A stretch of DNA of 64,000 bases from Salinivirgaceae bacterium (GTDB lineage: Bacteria > Bacteroidota > Bacteroidia > Bacteroidales > SZUA-534). The notes under the pieces were generated by a model. That model had not been told where the DNA came from, did no database searches, and saw only the letters and a list, made by a program, of their open reading frames with translations. Positions within the stretch are counted from its first letter, which is position 1, and every line of letters starts with the position of its first letter. This document shows positions 35,013-44,520 of the stretch, in pieces. The translations under genes were made by a program, and so were the position numbers. The DNA lies in NCBI GenBank assembly GCA_017617355.1, contig JAFZWI010000129.1, forward strand, positions 33,673 through 97,672, in the 5' to 3' direction.

Positions 35013-36872
35013 TTAGGCGAATTCGCTTAGTTCAATCCAACGGTCAGTTTTCTCGTCAAGAAGGCGCGAAATCTCGTCGAATCGTGCCGATAGTTCGGTG
35101 ATTTTTTTTGCGTCGCTCTCACCGCCCGACAGCGCAGTTCCAATCTCGCTTTTCTCGGTCTCAAGTTGCTCAATATCAGCCTCAAGTTGCTCAAATTCCT
35201 TCTTTTCTTTGAAGGTCATTCGGCGTTTGGCTTCGGGGCGTTCCTTGGTTTTCTGCGGCTGTTCGGGCTTGGCGGCGGCCACTTCGGCTTTGGTCTGTTG
35301 GGTCTTCCACTCGCGGTACTGCGTGTAGTTGCCGGGGAAGTCTTTCACTTTTCCATTTCCCTCAAACACAAACAAATGGTCAACAACCTTGTCCATAAAA
35401 AAGCGGTCGTGCGACACAATCAGCACGCAGCCGTTGTATTTCGACAAAAAATCTTCTAAGACATTGAGTGTCACAATGTCGAGGTCATTTGTTGGCTCGT
35501 CCAAAATTAGGAAATTGGGGTTCCGCATAAGCACAGTCATTAGGTAGAGGCGCTTGCGCTCACCGCCGCTCAGCTTGTTCACGTAGGCGTAGTGCATTGA
35601 GTGCGGAAACAGAAAATAGTTCAGAAATTGAGTGGGCGAGAGGCGCAGACCGTCGCCAACGGCAATGTCCTCGGCCACGTCCTGAATTACCTCAATCACA
35701 CGCTTGTTGGGGTCAAAACGCACTTCTTCCTGACGGTAATAGCCCATTTTTATGGTCGTCCCGATTTCGATTCGGCCGCGGTCGCAGGGCTCGTTGCCCG
35801 TGATGATGTTCAGCAGCGTCGTCTTGCCGATGCCGTTTTGGCCCACCACGCCAATCTTCTCGCCACGGCGGAATTGGTATGTGAAATCGTCGAGCAGCAC
35901 CTTGTCACCAAAACGCTTGTCGATACTGAACAAATCAATGATTTTAGTGCCTAACCGAGAGCCTTTTATGTCGATTCGCATTGACTCGCTCTTGGTGCTT
36001 TTGAAGGCCGTGGCCTTGATGTCTTCGAACGCGTCGATGCGGTATTTGGCCTTGGTTCCGCGCGCCTGCGGCATTCGCCGAATCCATTCAAGTTCTTTCT
36101 TGTAGAGTTGCCGAGCCTTCTCTATCTCGCTGTTCTGGTTATAGATGCGTTCTTCGCGTTTGGACAGGAAATATGAGTAGTTGCCTCGGTATTTGAATAT
36201 TTGTTTGTCGTCGATTTCGTAGATGATGTCGCACACGCGGTCGAGAAAGTAACGGTCGTGCGTTACCATTATCAGCGTCTGTTTCGATGAGTTCAAGAAC
36301 GCTTCGAGCCACTCTATCATATTGAGGTCCAAGTGGTTGGTCGGCTCGTCAAGAATCAGAATGTCGGGCTCGTCAATCAGTGTTTTGGCAAGCGCCAGAC
36401 GCTTTTTCTGTCCGCCCGACAGTTGCCCGACACGTTGCTCGAAGTTGTTGATATTCAGTTGTGAGACAATCTGTTTGATGCGCGATTCGTAGTCCCACGC
36501 TTTGGCGGCGTCCATTGCGCTTGTGGCGTTGGCAAGGCGTTCGGCATTATTGTCGCGGCAGGCCAGTTCGTACTCTTTGATGATTTGCAGTGTGGTGTCT
36601 GATGTTTCGAAAACTTCCTCAAGCACAGTGAGTTCTGTGTTCAGTTGAGGGTCTTGCTCAAGGTATCCAATCCGCAGGTCGTTGCGGACTGTCACGCTGC
36701 CGCTGTCGGGTGTATCGGTGCCTGCCAGAATGCGCAGCAGCGATGTTTTTCCTGCGCCGTTGTTGGCCACAATAGCCACACGCTGCTCTTTCTCAACACT
36801 CAGGCTGATGTTGGTGTAGAGCACATTGTCGCCATACGATTTTGTAATGCCTTCGGCTTGCAGGTAGTTCAT
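35013..36872 (-). CDS. ABC-F family ATPase (two ABC domains, no TM domain)
   Basis: Two Walker A sites (ANNGAGKTS, GQNGIGKTT), two LSGG signatures, and a charged C-terminal coiled-coil tail. Confidence 0.85.
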   Translation of the reverse strand: MNYLQAEGITKSYGDNVLYTNISLSVEKEQRVAIVANNGAGKTSLLRILAGTDTPDSGSVTVRNDLRIGYLEQDPQLNTELTVLEEVFETSDTTLQIIKEYELACRDNNAERLANATSAMDAAKAWDYESRIKQIVSQLNINNFEQRVGQLSGGQKKRLALAKTLIDEPDILILDEPTNHLDLNMIEWLEAFLNSSKQTLIMVTHDRYFLDRVCDIIYEIDDKQIFKYRGNYSYFLSKREERIYNQNSEIEKARQLYKKELEWIRRMPQARGTKAKYRIDAFEDIKATAFKSTKSESMRIDIKGSRLGTKIIDLFSIDKRFGDKVLLDDFTYQFRRGEKIGVVGQNGIGKTTLLNIITGNEPCDRGRIEIGTTIKMGYYRQEEVRFDPNKRVIEVIQDVAEDIAVGDGLRLSPTQFLNYFLFPHSMHYAYVNKLSGGERKRLYLMTVLMRNPNFLILDEPTNDLDIVTLNVLEDFLSKYNGCVLIVSHDRFFMDKVVDHLFVFEGNGKVKDFPGNYTQYREWKTQQTKAEVAAAKPEQPQKTKERPEAKRRMTFKEKKEFEQLEADIEQLETEKSEIGTALSGGESDAKKITELSARFDEISRLLDEKTDRWIELSEFA

Positions 36873-36889
36873 TGGGTGAGCGGCAGCGG

Positions 36890-37264
36890 TTAGCCGAGTA
36901 TCTCTTTCACTTTGTCAACCACTTCGTTGAGGCGCAGTGGCTTCTCAAAGAAGAAATTGGCTCCCATACCCATAACTCGTTCTTTTTCAGTCCTGTCGTT
37001 ATAGGCGCTGACAACCAGAACCGGAATCTGTGCTGTCTCAGGGTTGCTTTTCACAGCCTCAAGCACTTCCTGCCCCGACATTCCGGGCATCATCAAGTCG
37101 AGTAAGATAATGGATATCTTTTTCTTCTTTAATATTTTAAGTGCGTCTTTACCAGTGAAAGCCACTTCAGTTGTAAACCCGTTTTTCTCCAAGACGGTTT
37201 GCAGCAGTAGGTTGTTTGTTGAAGAGTCGTCAACCAACAGAATAGCGGATTTTTCGTCTTTCAT
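36890..37264 (-). CDS. stand-alone response-regulator receiver (CheY-like)
   Basis: LLVDDS, LLDLMMPGMSG and VLVVSA...KP receiver motifs. 124 aa with no output domain. Confidence 0.85.
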   Translation of the reverse strand: MKDEKSAILLVDDSSTNNLLLQTVLEKNGFTTEVAFTGKDALKILKKKKISIILLDLMMPGMSGQEVLEAVKSNPETAQIPVLVVSAYNDRTEKERVMGMGANFFFEKPLRLNEVVDKVKEILG

Positions 37265-37484
37265 AACTGTCTTTTTACTGATTATCTGATTGCGGCAACT
37301 GTCGCCATATACGTTTACAAATATAATTCAGTTTGTCAATTTGTATATCATTTGTCACTCCTTTTTCTGCAAAAATCAATTTTATGCCGAAATGTGTTTT
37401 TTTTTTCAGAAAAGTATGCTTACTTTCACACAATTGCTTTTTTAGAAAAATATTTATAATTTGGCTCAACTAAAAAAATGATAT

Positions 37485-38153
37485 ATGTTACTCAGTAAGG
37501 AACAATTTTCGCCTTGGTTCGATTATCTGACTGATGACCAATGGAAACTGGTTGTCAGTAACACAGTACACTTGAATTACAACAAGGCCGAAACTATCTG
37601 TAAACAAGGCGCTTTCGCTTCAAATCTCTACTTTGTGGAGAACGGAATGATGAAATCGTACAAGGAGTATAAAGATGAGAATCTTATAATGCGTTTTGTC
37701 AGGCCGGGCGAGATAATTGGCCTTTCGTCGCTATATAACAAAGGAACATATCATTTCACGGTTGCAAGCCTCGGGCAGTCGTCGGTGATGTCAATCAATG
37801 CCGATGTGGTGAAGAAACTCATCCGCGAGAACCAGAATTTTGCCGAGAAGGTTATTGCACAACTCAACCAGGAGACTGGCGACAGCCTTGAACGTATCAT
37901 CAGCTTGACACAGAAGCAGTTGAATGGCCGAATTGCCGATGCTATATTGTATTTTGCAGAGGAAGTCTATCATGCTGACGAGTTCAACATGCAGCTTACT
38001 CGCCGCGATATTGCTGATTTCTGCGGAATGTCAACCGAGAGCGCTATCAGAATTCTGAAAGAGCTTCACAACGATAAAATTGTCAATATTGAAGGCAAAA
38101 ACTTTAAGATTGTCAGCAAACAATTGCTTGAAAATCTAAGCGAATTCGGCTAA
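37485..38153 (+). CDS. Crp/Fnr family transcriptional regulator
   Basis: cNMP-binding-like N-terminal domain and a C-terminal HTH (RRDIADFCGMSTESAIRILKEL). Confidence 0.8.
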   Translation: MLLSKEQFSPWFDYLTDDQWKLVVSNTVHLNYNKAETICKQGAFASNLYFVENGMMKSYKEYKDENLIMRFVRPGEIIGLSSLYNKGTYHFTVASLGQSSVMSINADVVKKLIRENQNFAEKVIAQLNQETGDSLERIISLTQKQLNGRIADAILYFAEEVYHADEFNMQLTRRDIADFCGMSTESAIRILKELHNDKIVNIEGKNFKIVSKQLLENLSEFG

Positions 38154-38172
38154 AACAGGCTGTTCCGACTGA

Positions 38173-38246
38173 TTGACAAATGGTTAAAAGCCCTTGACAA
38201 ATATTGTGTCAGATTTCAAATTTTTATTCTAAAAGATATAATTTTG
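38173..38246 (+). promoter_or_regulatory. candidate operator/promoter: two TTGACAAAT direct repeats, TGACA-N7-TGTCA palindrome, -7 box TAATTTTG
   Basis: Identical 9-mers at 38173..38181 and 38194..38202 (21-nt phasing). Palindrome arms at 38195..38199 and 38207..38211. Exact TAnnTTTG at 38239..38246, about 57 nt before the ATG at 38303. Confidence 0.35.
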
Positions 38247-38302
38247 TGGTTTGATAATGGCAGGTTCTACTTGCCGCAAATGTGTAATTTCAAATTGGTG
38301 AA

Positions 38303-38824
38303 ATGAATATTAAAACACTGAAATTGTCATTAGCCTTGTTGCTTATGCTCCCGATATTTAGCTTCGGGCAAACCAACGATTATTCGATGCGTAAATGTTT
38401 TGGCTATCAGCGTGATAGCTGCAGCCGAAGCGAAAATGTATATTATAAGATGACTGACGAGTCGCGCAGTGCGCTGTTTGTCAAAGGTCAGACTTCGCGT
38501 GTCAGAATTAACATCTACAATGGCCGCGATTACCGCGTGTCGTTCTGCCACGACCGTGTTTTGGGCGAGGGAATAATAATGCGTATTATCGATGCTGAAA
38601 ACGAAAATACCCTGTACGACAATTCGGAAGACAATTTTGCCACAGAGTTTGAATTTACAGTTACACAGACGCGCGAGGTTTTTGTCGAGATAGAGGTACC
38701 CGGTAACAGCGCTCTTGCCGATGCCGAAAACAACTCTGATTTGATATTTGTACGCAAAGACACGGAAATGGGTTGCGTCGGTATTCTTGTCGAGCACATG
38801 ATTACGCCACCTAAAGGTTTCTGA
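38303..38824 (+). CDS. secreted Cys-containing protein, paralog A (unknown family)
   Basis: Signal peptide (LALLLMLPIFSFGQ). Shares GxDYR..xC.D, LYDNSEDNF..EF and the GC(V/I)G(I/L)L(V/I)E..ITP..GF end with the next ORF. Confidence 0.7.
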   Translation: MNIKTLKLSLALLLMLPIFSFGQTNDYSMRKCFGYQRDSCSRSENVYYKMTDESRSALFVKGQTSRVRINIYNGRDYRVSFCHDRVLGEGIIMRIIDAENENTLYDNSEDNFATEFEFTVTQTREVFVEIEVPGNSALADAENNSDLIFVRKDTEMGCVGILVEHMITPPKGF

Positions 38825-39279
38825 TGTTACGTGTCGGGCTATCGGTTTTGTGTATTGTTGCGGCTTTGAGCCTATCCGCACAAAACTGTTTCGATTTCCA
38901 TAGAACAAACTGCTGCCCGCTTCAGGATAATCCTTATGTGCATTACGCAGTAAGCAGTAAATCAACAAGTTTTGCTCTTAAACCAGGCGATAGTCGTTGC
39001 ATTCTCTTTGAGATTTTCAGCGGCAAGGATTACCGCATGACTCTTTGTTCCGATTCGCTTTACAGTGGTATTGTGTCGTTCCAGATTCGCGACGACAATA
39101 GTGTACTGTATGACAATTCTGATGAGGATTTCAATACTTTTCTTGAGTTTTCGTGCCGCAAGACAACCCATGTCGAATTAATCATATCGGCACCCAACCG
39201 CAGCGATGTCGCGCCCGAAACCAAAGGCTGCATCGGGTTGCTCATCGAGGAGGCCATAACACCTGTGCTCGGTTTCTGA
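38824..39279 (+). CDS. secreted Cys-containing protein, paralog B (unknown family)
   Basis: Signal peptide (CIVAALSLSAQ). TGATG overlap with paralog A and the same conserved blocks. Confidence 0.7.
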   Translation: MLRVGLSVLCIVAALSLSAQNCFDFHRTNCCPLQDNPYVHYAVSSKSTSFALKPGDSRCILFEIFSGKDYRMTLCSDSLYSGIVSFQIRDDNSVLYDNSDEDFNTFLEFSCRKTTHVELIISAPNRSDVAPETKGCIGLLIEEAITPVLGF

Positions 39280-39321
39280 AAAATCTTTCAGTCCTTCAAT
39301 TAATCAATTATTCGGTCAGAA

Positions 39322-39972
39322 TTAGTGGCTGAACACGTAGCTCACAATGTTGGCGCCCATGCGCAGAGCTTCAAGGTGTTTCTCGAGTGGGTCGTTGTGG
39401 ACGCTGGTATCCTCCCAGCCGTCGCCTAAGTCGCACTCGTGTGTGTAGAAGCAGACAAGCCGCCCGTTGACAAAAATGCCGAATCCCTGCGGAGGCTGGT
39501 TGTCATGCTCGTGGATTTTTGGCAGACCGTTATCGAACTGATATGCAGTGTGGTAGATGTTGTGGCTAAAAGGCAGCTCGACAAAATCCTTGTCGGGGAA
39601 TATCTTGTGCATCTCGCGGCGCACGTACTGGTCGATGCCGTAGTTGTCGTCAATGTGGAGGAAGCCGCCGGCCATTAGGTATTTGCGCAGGTTCTGCACA
39701 TCAGAATCCGAAAAAATGATGTTGCCGTGGCCGGTTAGGTGGATGAGCGGATAGTTGAATATGTCGCGGCTGCCGACATCCACCGTGGCTGGCTCCGGAT
39801 TAATGCTGGTGCCGATGTTTTTGTTGCAGAACTCAATTAGGTTTGGCAGCGATGTGGGGTTGGCGTACCAGTCGCCGCCGCCGTTGTATTTGAGCAACGC
39901 TATGCGGACAGGTTGCGCGCTAAGGCTGAAAACCAGCAGAATAAATGCTATAGAGGCGAGCAGTCGTTTCAT
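39322..39972 (-). CDS. DUF4159-like secreted protein
   Basis: Signal peptide, then LLKYNGGGDWYANPTSLPNL, which I associate with DUF4159. The family name is from memory. Confidence 0.6.
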   Translation of the reverse strand: MKRLLASIAFILLVFSLSAQPVRIALLKYNGGGDWYANPTSLPNLIEFCNKNIGTSINPEPATVDVGSRDIFNYPLIHLTGHGNIIFSDSDVQNLRKYLMAGGFLHIDDNYGIDQYVRREMHKIFPDKDFVELPFSHNIYHTAYQFDNGLPKIHEHDNQPPQGFGIFVNGRLVCFYTHECDLGDGWEDTSVHNDPLEKHLEALRMGANIVSYVFSH

Positions 39973-40673
39973 TCTTGTTTAATCAGGTTGATTGTGTGGC
40001 AGGCAGCTATTCCGGCCGTTTCGGTGCGGAGGCGGTATGGCCCCAGGTGGACGCATTGGTAGCCGTTTTGCGTAGCCAACTCAACCTCCTCGGGTGAGAA
40101 GTCGCCCTCCGGCCCAATAAGAACGGTGTATTCGCTATCGTTTCCGACCATTGATTTCAGCGACACCTTGTCCGATTCAATGCAGTGTGCAATAAGCTTT
40201 TGCCCGGTGCGCGGTTCGTTCACAAATTTCTTGAACGGAGTGGGTGGGTTGAGCACCGGCTTGTATGCCTTGACCGATTGTTTCATGGCCGACAGTATGA
40301 TTTTTTCGAGCCTGTCGGTGTTGACGGATGTGCGCTCGGAGCGTTGGCATATGAGCGGTGTAATTGTGTCGATGCCCATTTCGACAGCTTTCTCGACAAA
40401 CCACTCGGTGCGGTCGATGTTTTTTGTCGGTGCTAATGCTATGTGTATCTTATAGTTGCGCTGGCCGTAATTCTCGGTTTTCTTTTTTATGGCTATGGTG
40501 CAGCGTTTTGGGTTGGCGTCTTCAATTTCGGCCTCATAGTAGCCGCCGCTGCCGTCAATCAGCGTCACGCTGTCGCCGTTGGCAAGCCGCAGCACCCTTA
40601 CGCAATGCTTCGATTCCTCCTCCGACAAGGTGCATTTTCCGTCAATAATCAATGGTGTGTAGAAAATGTGCAT
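39969..40673 (-). CDS. rsmE: 16S rRNA (uracil1498-N3)-methyltransferase
   Basis: MHIFYTP start and C-terminal IGPEGDFSPEEV...LGPYRLRTETAGIAA. Confidence 0.85.
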   Translation of the reverse strand: MHIFYTPLIIDGKCTLSEEESKHCVRVLRLANGDSVTLIDGSGGYYEAEIEDANPKRCTIAIKKKTENYGQRNYKIHIALAPTKNIDRTEWFVEKAVEMGIDTITPLICQRSERTSVNTDRLEKIILSAMKQSVKAYKPVLNPPTPFKKFVNEPRTGQKLIAHCIESDKVSLKSMVGNDSEYTVLIGPEGDFSPEEVELATQNGYQCVHLGPYRLRTETAGIAACHTINLIKQE

Positions 40674-40748
40674 CGCTTTTTTTTCGCAAATAAACGCAAA
40701 ATTATCCTTTGGTCAAGCGTCTATCGGCAAATTGCTATTTTTGCGGAT

Positions 40749-41243
40749 ATGGTTAGAATTGGTCTGTTATCGGATACGCACGCATGCTTCAACGAGCGGA
40801 TGCGGCTTTTTCTTGAGCCCGTTGACCAGGTTTGGCATGCCGGCGACATTGGTAATATTCAACTTCTTGATGATTTACAGCAATTTAAACCGACCACTGC
40901 TGTCTATGGCAATATCGACGGGGCGCAAGTTCGTCAGGTTGTGCCTGAGGTGCAATTGTTTCAGGTTGAGCAGGTTAAAGTGCTGATGACGCACATTGGC
41001 GGTTATCCGGGACATTACGAACCCAAGGTGCGCGGTCTGCTTCAGGCAGAGCGTCCGCAATTATTTGTCAGCGGCCATTCTCATATTCTTAAAGTAATGT
41101 ACGACAAGCAGTTGCAATGTCTGCATCTGAATCCGGGAGCTGCCGGAATCTATGGTTTTCACAAGAAGCGCACAATGTTGCGTTTCACTATTGACGGCAG
41201 CAACATCCGCGACCTCGAAATATGGGAGAAGGATAAATCATGA
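40749..41243 (+). CDS. metallophosphoesterase (YfcE/MJ0936-like)
   Basis: MVRIGLLSDTH, WHAGDIG, YGNIDG and SGHSH motifs. The ORF-track N-terminal extension (40443..40748) overlaps rsmE on the other strand. Confidence 0.8.
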   Translation: MVRIGLLSDTHACFNERMRLFLEPVDQVWHAGDIGNIQLLDDLQQFKPTTAVYGNIDGAQVRQVVPEVQLFQVEQVKVLMTHIGGYPGHYEPKVRGLLQAERPQLFVSGHSHILKVMYDKQLQCLHLNPGAAGIYGFHKKRTMLRFTIDGSNIRDLEIWEKDKS

Positions 41244-42322
41244 GGTCGATAATAGCTTGCATATCAGTTTGTTTTGCTCTATGCGCGGGCTCCGCTTCGG
41301 CTCAAACCGACAGTTGCAGGGCCGTGCCTAAAATTGAGCTTGTTGGTGTCGCAGGCCGCATCCAGGCTCATCACGAGGAGATGAAACCCATGTGCGACAA
41401 GCCGTTTTTTGCTGGCGAGCTGCGGTTTGGCGCACAGACCACAGGCAACAACTATTGGCAACAGAAGCTGAAATATCCGTTTATGGGAGTCGGCTTCTAC
41501 GCTTCGGAGTTTCAGAAGAAAGAGATTGGACACCCGCTGGCGGTGTTCGGCTTTATGGAGATTCCGGCCTACCGGGGTAGCAAATCGGTAATCTCGACAA
41601 GCTGGAGCCTCGGGTTGTCGTTCCATTTCAACGAGTTCGACTCTGTTGCCAACCCCGACAATCTTGCCATTGGCAGCGATTTGAACGCTTTTGTTGGCTT
41701 CTCGGCCCGCTACAAATATCAGCTTACCGAGCGTTGGGAACTTGGCGGCGGATTGTCGTTCCACCACTTTTCGAACGGTGGAATGAAAATGCCGAATTGG
41801 GGAATGAATATGCTGAGCGTCAATATTATAGCTTCGTATCTTCCTTCGAAAAGAAAGTTGGAGTTTCATAAGCTTGCCGCCCCTGAAATCACCAAGCGTT
41901 ATGAGTTTAATGTTATGTGTGCTACCGGAATCTGCGAGACGAAAAACAAGGGAAGATTCTATAACACAACACTTTCCATGGCACTATCGCGGCGGATGAG
42001 CTACACGCGCACTTTGGGGCTTGGTTTGGATGTTTTCTATAATGGTTATGTGAAAGAGAAATATCCTAAGGATAAGCCAGTTCCGCTCAAATATCTGACA
42101 ACGCCGGCGGTTTTTGCCAACTCCGATTTGATAGCCGGCCGCCTGCGCATCAATGTTGGGCTGGGCTTCTATGTGGCGCATGTTGATGAGTATTCGTTGC
42201 CTTTCTACGAGCGTGCCGGAGTGCGTTTCTATCCGCAGAAAAACATTTTCGCCAATGTCTCGATTAAGGCCAACGGCGGTCGTGCCGAGTTTATCGAGTG
42301 GGGGATAGGTGTTACTTTGTAA
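41240..42322 (+). CDS. PagL-like lipid A deacylase / acyloxyacyl hydrolase outer-membrane protein
   Basis: Signal peptide, beta-barrel-like alternating pattern, and HHFSNGGMKMPNWGMN (PagL His-x-Ser-Asn region). Confidence 0.6.
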   Translation: MRSIIACISVCFALCAGSASAQTDSCRAVPKIELVGVAGRIQAHHEEMKPMCDKPFFAGELRFGAQTTGNNYWQQKLKYPFMGVGFYASEFQKKEIGHPLAVFGFMEIPAYRGSKSVISTSWSLGLSFHFNEFDSVANPDNLAIGSDLNAFVGFSARYKYQLTERWELGGGLSFHHFSNGGMKMPNWGMNMLSVNIIASYLPSKRKLEFHKLAAPEITKRYEFNVMCATGICETKNKGRFYNTTLSMALSRRMSYTRTLGLGLDVFYNGYVKEKYPKDKPVPLKYLTTPAVFANSDLIAGRLRINVGLGFYVAHVDEYSLPFYERAGVRFYPQKNIFANVSIKANGGRAEFIEWGIGVTL

Positions 42323-42346
42323 CGGCTTTATACCGCTGTGCGCCAA

Positions 42347-44308
42347 TTATTTGCGACCGTGCTTACGGTTGATGTCCTTGCGGTTTTTGAAAGGCTTTTT
42401 ACGCTCCTTATCCTTCTTTTTCTTTTTGGCCGGTGCGTCGTTGCTTTTCTTCTTTTTCTTGTTCCGATGTTCCTCAAAATCAGGGTCGAAGGCCGAAAAG
42501 TCGTAGCCGTGGCTTTTCTTGCGCTGCTCACGGTTCTCGTTAAAGAAATCGAAGTTGAAGTCGTCAAGTGTCTTGCCGGTAAATTTCTTCTTTTCGATTT
42601 TGATTTTCGGCTCGTCGTTTTCGTCACGTTGCTTGTGTCGCTCGCCTTTGCCTTTCTTGCGGTTTTCGCCGTCGGTTGATGCGGCTGTGTTCACCTCAAC
42701 CGGCTCGTTGTCGTAAGTGGTTGTTGCCATTGCGTTCAGCACCTTTTGCACGGCGTCGTTTTCAATCTCGAAGAACGAGAAGTTGCGCTGCAGGTCGATG
42801 CGGCCAATGTCGATGCTTTTGTCGCGTGTGGCGTCGTTGATGAGGCCTAGCAGGCGCGGAACCGACAGCCCCCGCTTGGTGCCCACGTTGATGAACAGAC
42901 GGGTGTAGTCTTCGTCGTTGCGGCGTTTGCGCTCTTTGCGCTCCTTGGGTTCGCCGTCGTCGCCTTTCTCTTTTTTGCCTGGCTCAACATTCAAGTCGCG
43001 GGCCGATTTGTAATACTCAATAAACCGGTTGAATTCAACTGATACAAAGCGTTTTATGAGTTCGTCTTTGTCGAGCCACGACAACTTTTTGATAGCCTGC
43101 GGCAGATATGCGGCAATCTCCTCCTCGTTCACCTCAACGCGCTCAATCTTGTCGAGCAGGGTGTAGAGCCGTTTCTCGCAAATCTCGGCGCCGTTGGGCA
43201 CTTTTTTCAGTTCGAACGGTTTGCACACAAGTTTCTCAAGATTCTTGATTTTACGGGTTTCGCGCGTGTGGACAATGGTTATCGACACGCCCGATTTTCC
43301 GGCACGGCCCGTTCGTCCGCTGCGGTGGATATACACTTCGGGGTCGTCGGGCAGGTTGTAGTTGATAACGTGTGTCAGGTCGTTGACATCGAGTCCGCGG
43401 GCGGCCACATCGGTAGCGATGAGCAGCTGCAGCGACTTGTTGCGGAAGCGGTTCATCACAGCGTCGCGCTGGGCTTGGGCAAGGTCGCCGTGCAAGGCGT
43501 CGGCGTTGTATCCGTCCTGAATCAACTTGTCGGCAACCTCCTTGGTCTCGGTGCGGGTGCGGCAGAAGACAATGCCATAGATGTTAGGGTTGATGTCGGC
43601 CAGTCGTTTGAGCGCCAGATAGCGGTCGGCGGCCTTCACTATATAATATTCGTGGCGCACGTTTTCGGCTCCCGAGTTGCGTTTGCCCACCTCAATCTCA
43701 ACAGGATTGTGCATGTAGTTCATTGCAATGTCGCGCACACCGTCGGGCATAGTGGCCGAGAACAGCAAAGTCTGACGGCTGTCGGGCGTGGTGCTTAGAA
43801 TGTCGTCGAGGCTATCTTTGAAGCCCATGTCGAGCATCTCGTCGGCCTCGTCAAGCACCAGCCATTTTATGTTTTCAACCTTCAGCGCGCCGCGTTTTAT
43901 CATATCGAGCACACGGCCAGGGGTGCCCACAACAATGTGTGCCCCGCTTTTTAATTGCTTGATTTGCGGCATGATGCCGGCTCCGCCGTAAACGGCCGTA
44001 ATTGCCAGTCCGTCAATATATTTGGCAAATTTTGTGATATCGTTGGTTATCTGCAAACAGAGCTCGCGGGTGGGGCAGAGTATGAGCACCTGAACCTCGT
44101 CGGCCTGCGTGTCGAGCATCTGCAAAATGGGCAGGCCGAATCCGGCTGTTTTTCCGGTTCCGGTTTGCGCCAAGGCGATAACATCGTCGGTCGAACTGAT
44201 GATTGCCGGTATTGTCTTTTCTTGAATAGGTGTCGGATTTTCAAATCCTAACTCGCTTATAGCCTTGATAATATTGCTGTTAAGGCCGAAATCGGTAAAT
44301 GTGCTCAT
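42347..44308 (-). CDS. DEAD-box RNA helicase (DeaD/CsdA-like) with Lys/Arg-rich tail
   Basis: Q-motif F..LGL...I..A, AQTGTGKT, DEAD (LVLDEADEM), SAT and HRSGRTGRAG. DbpA-like domain, then a highly basic tail. Confidence 0.9.
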   Translation of the reverse strand: MSTFTDFGLNSNIIKAISELGFENPTPIQEKTIPAIISSTDDVIALAQTGTGKTAGFGLPILQMLDTQADEVQVLILCPTRELCLQITNDITKFAKYIDGLAITAVYGGAGIMPQIKQLKSGAHIVVGTPGRVLDMIKRGALKVENIKWLVLDEADEMLDMGFKDSLDDILSTTPDSRQTLLFSATMPDGVRDIAMNYMHNPVEIEVGKRNSGAENVRHEYYIVKAADRYLALKRLADINPNIYGIVFCRTRTETKEVADKLIQDGYNADALHGDLAQAQRDAVMNRFRNKSLQLLIATDVAARGLDVNDLTHVINYNLPDDPEVYIHRSGRTGRAGKSGVSITIVHTRETRKIKNLEKLVCKPFELKKVPNGAEICEKRLYTLLDKIERVEVNEEEIAAYLPQAIKKLSWLDKDELIKRFVSVEFNRFIEYYKSARDLNVEPGKKEKGDDGEPKERKERKRRNDEDYTRLFINVGTKRGLSVPRLLGLINDATRDKSIDIGRIDLQRNFSFFEIENDAVQKVLNAMATTTYDNEPVEVNTAASTDGENRKKGKGERHKQRDENDEPKIKIEKKKFTGKTLDDFNFDFFNENREQRKKSHGYDFSAFDPDFEEHRNKKKKKSNDAPAKKKKKDKERKKPFKNRKDINRKHGRK

Positions 44309-44448
44309 TACTTGAATTTTGAGCCGCGAAATTAATCAAAAGTTTTGAGAAAAAATTTTATATCAGTCATTTAACAGCTGTTGATAAGATTTTGCCGGTT
44401 TTCCCGCCATTCGGCTTTGTTTTTTATTGCCGATATCCGCAAATCATT

Positions 44449-44456
44449 TACATTTG
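44449..44456 (+). promoter_or_regulatory. candidate -7 box (TACATTTG)
   Basis: Exact TAnnTTTG about 65 nt upstream of ATG 44521. There is a TTTG at 44416..44419, but its spacing is longer than the consensus. Confidence 0.25.
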
Positions 44457-44520
44457 CCGTGCTCAAGCCTAAAAACAAACACAAATAGAAAATTAATAAA
44501 TCTATTAATCAATAATTGTT

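Noticed and set aside
35013-36872. ABC-F protein as an antibiotic-resistance (ARE) determinant or as a transporter.
   Set aside because: It has no membrane partner, so it is not a transporter. ARE versus housekeeping ABC-F cannot be distinguished from the sequence by eye, so only the family is called.
38330-38968. 212-aa minus-strand ORF spanning both tandem paralogs.
   Set aside because: The plus-strand ORFs have signal peptides, mutual paralogy and start-stop coupling. The antisense ORF has none of these.
40443-40748. N-terminal 102-aa extension of the metallophosphoesterase ORF (and likewise 55009..55164 for rsmD).
   Set aside because: The extensions overlap well-supported neighbouring genes (rsmE on the opposite strand, the DUF3822-like gene). 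The canonical family N-termini (MVRIGLLSDTH, MRIISG) begin at internal ATGs.
42347-42720. Apparent low-complexity repeat region with multiple overlapping ORFs on both strands.
   Set aside because: It is the Lys/Arg-rich C-terminal tail of the DEAD-box helicase (KKKKKSNDAPAKKKKKDKERKK...). The overlapping ORFs are artefacts of AAG/AAA-rich sequence.
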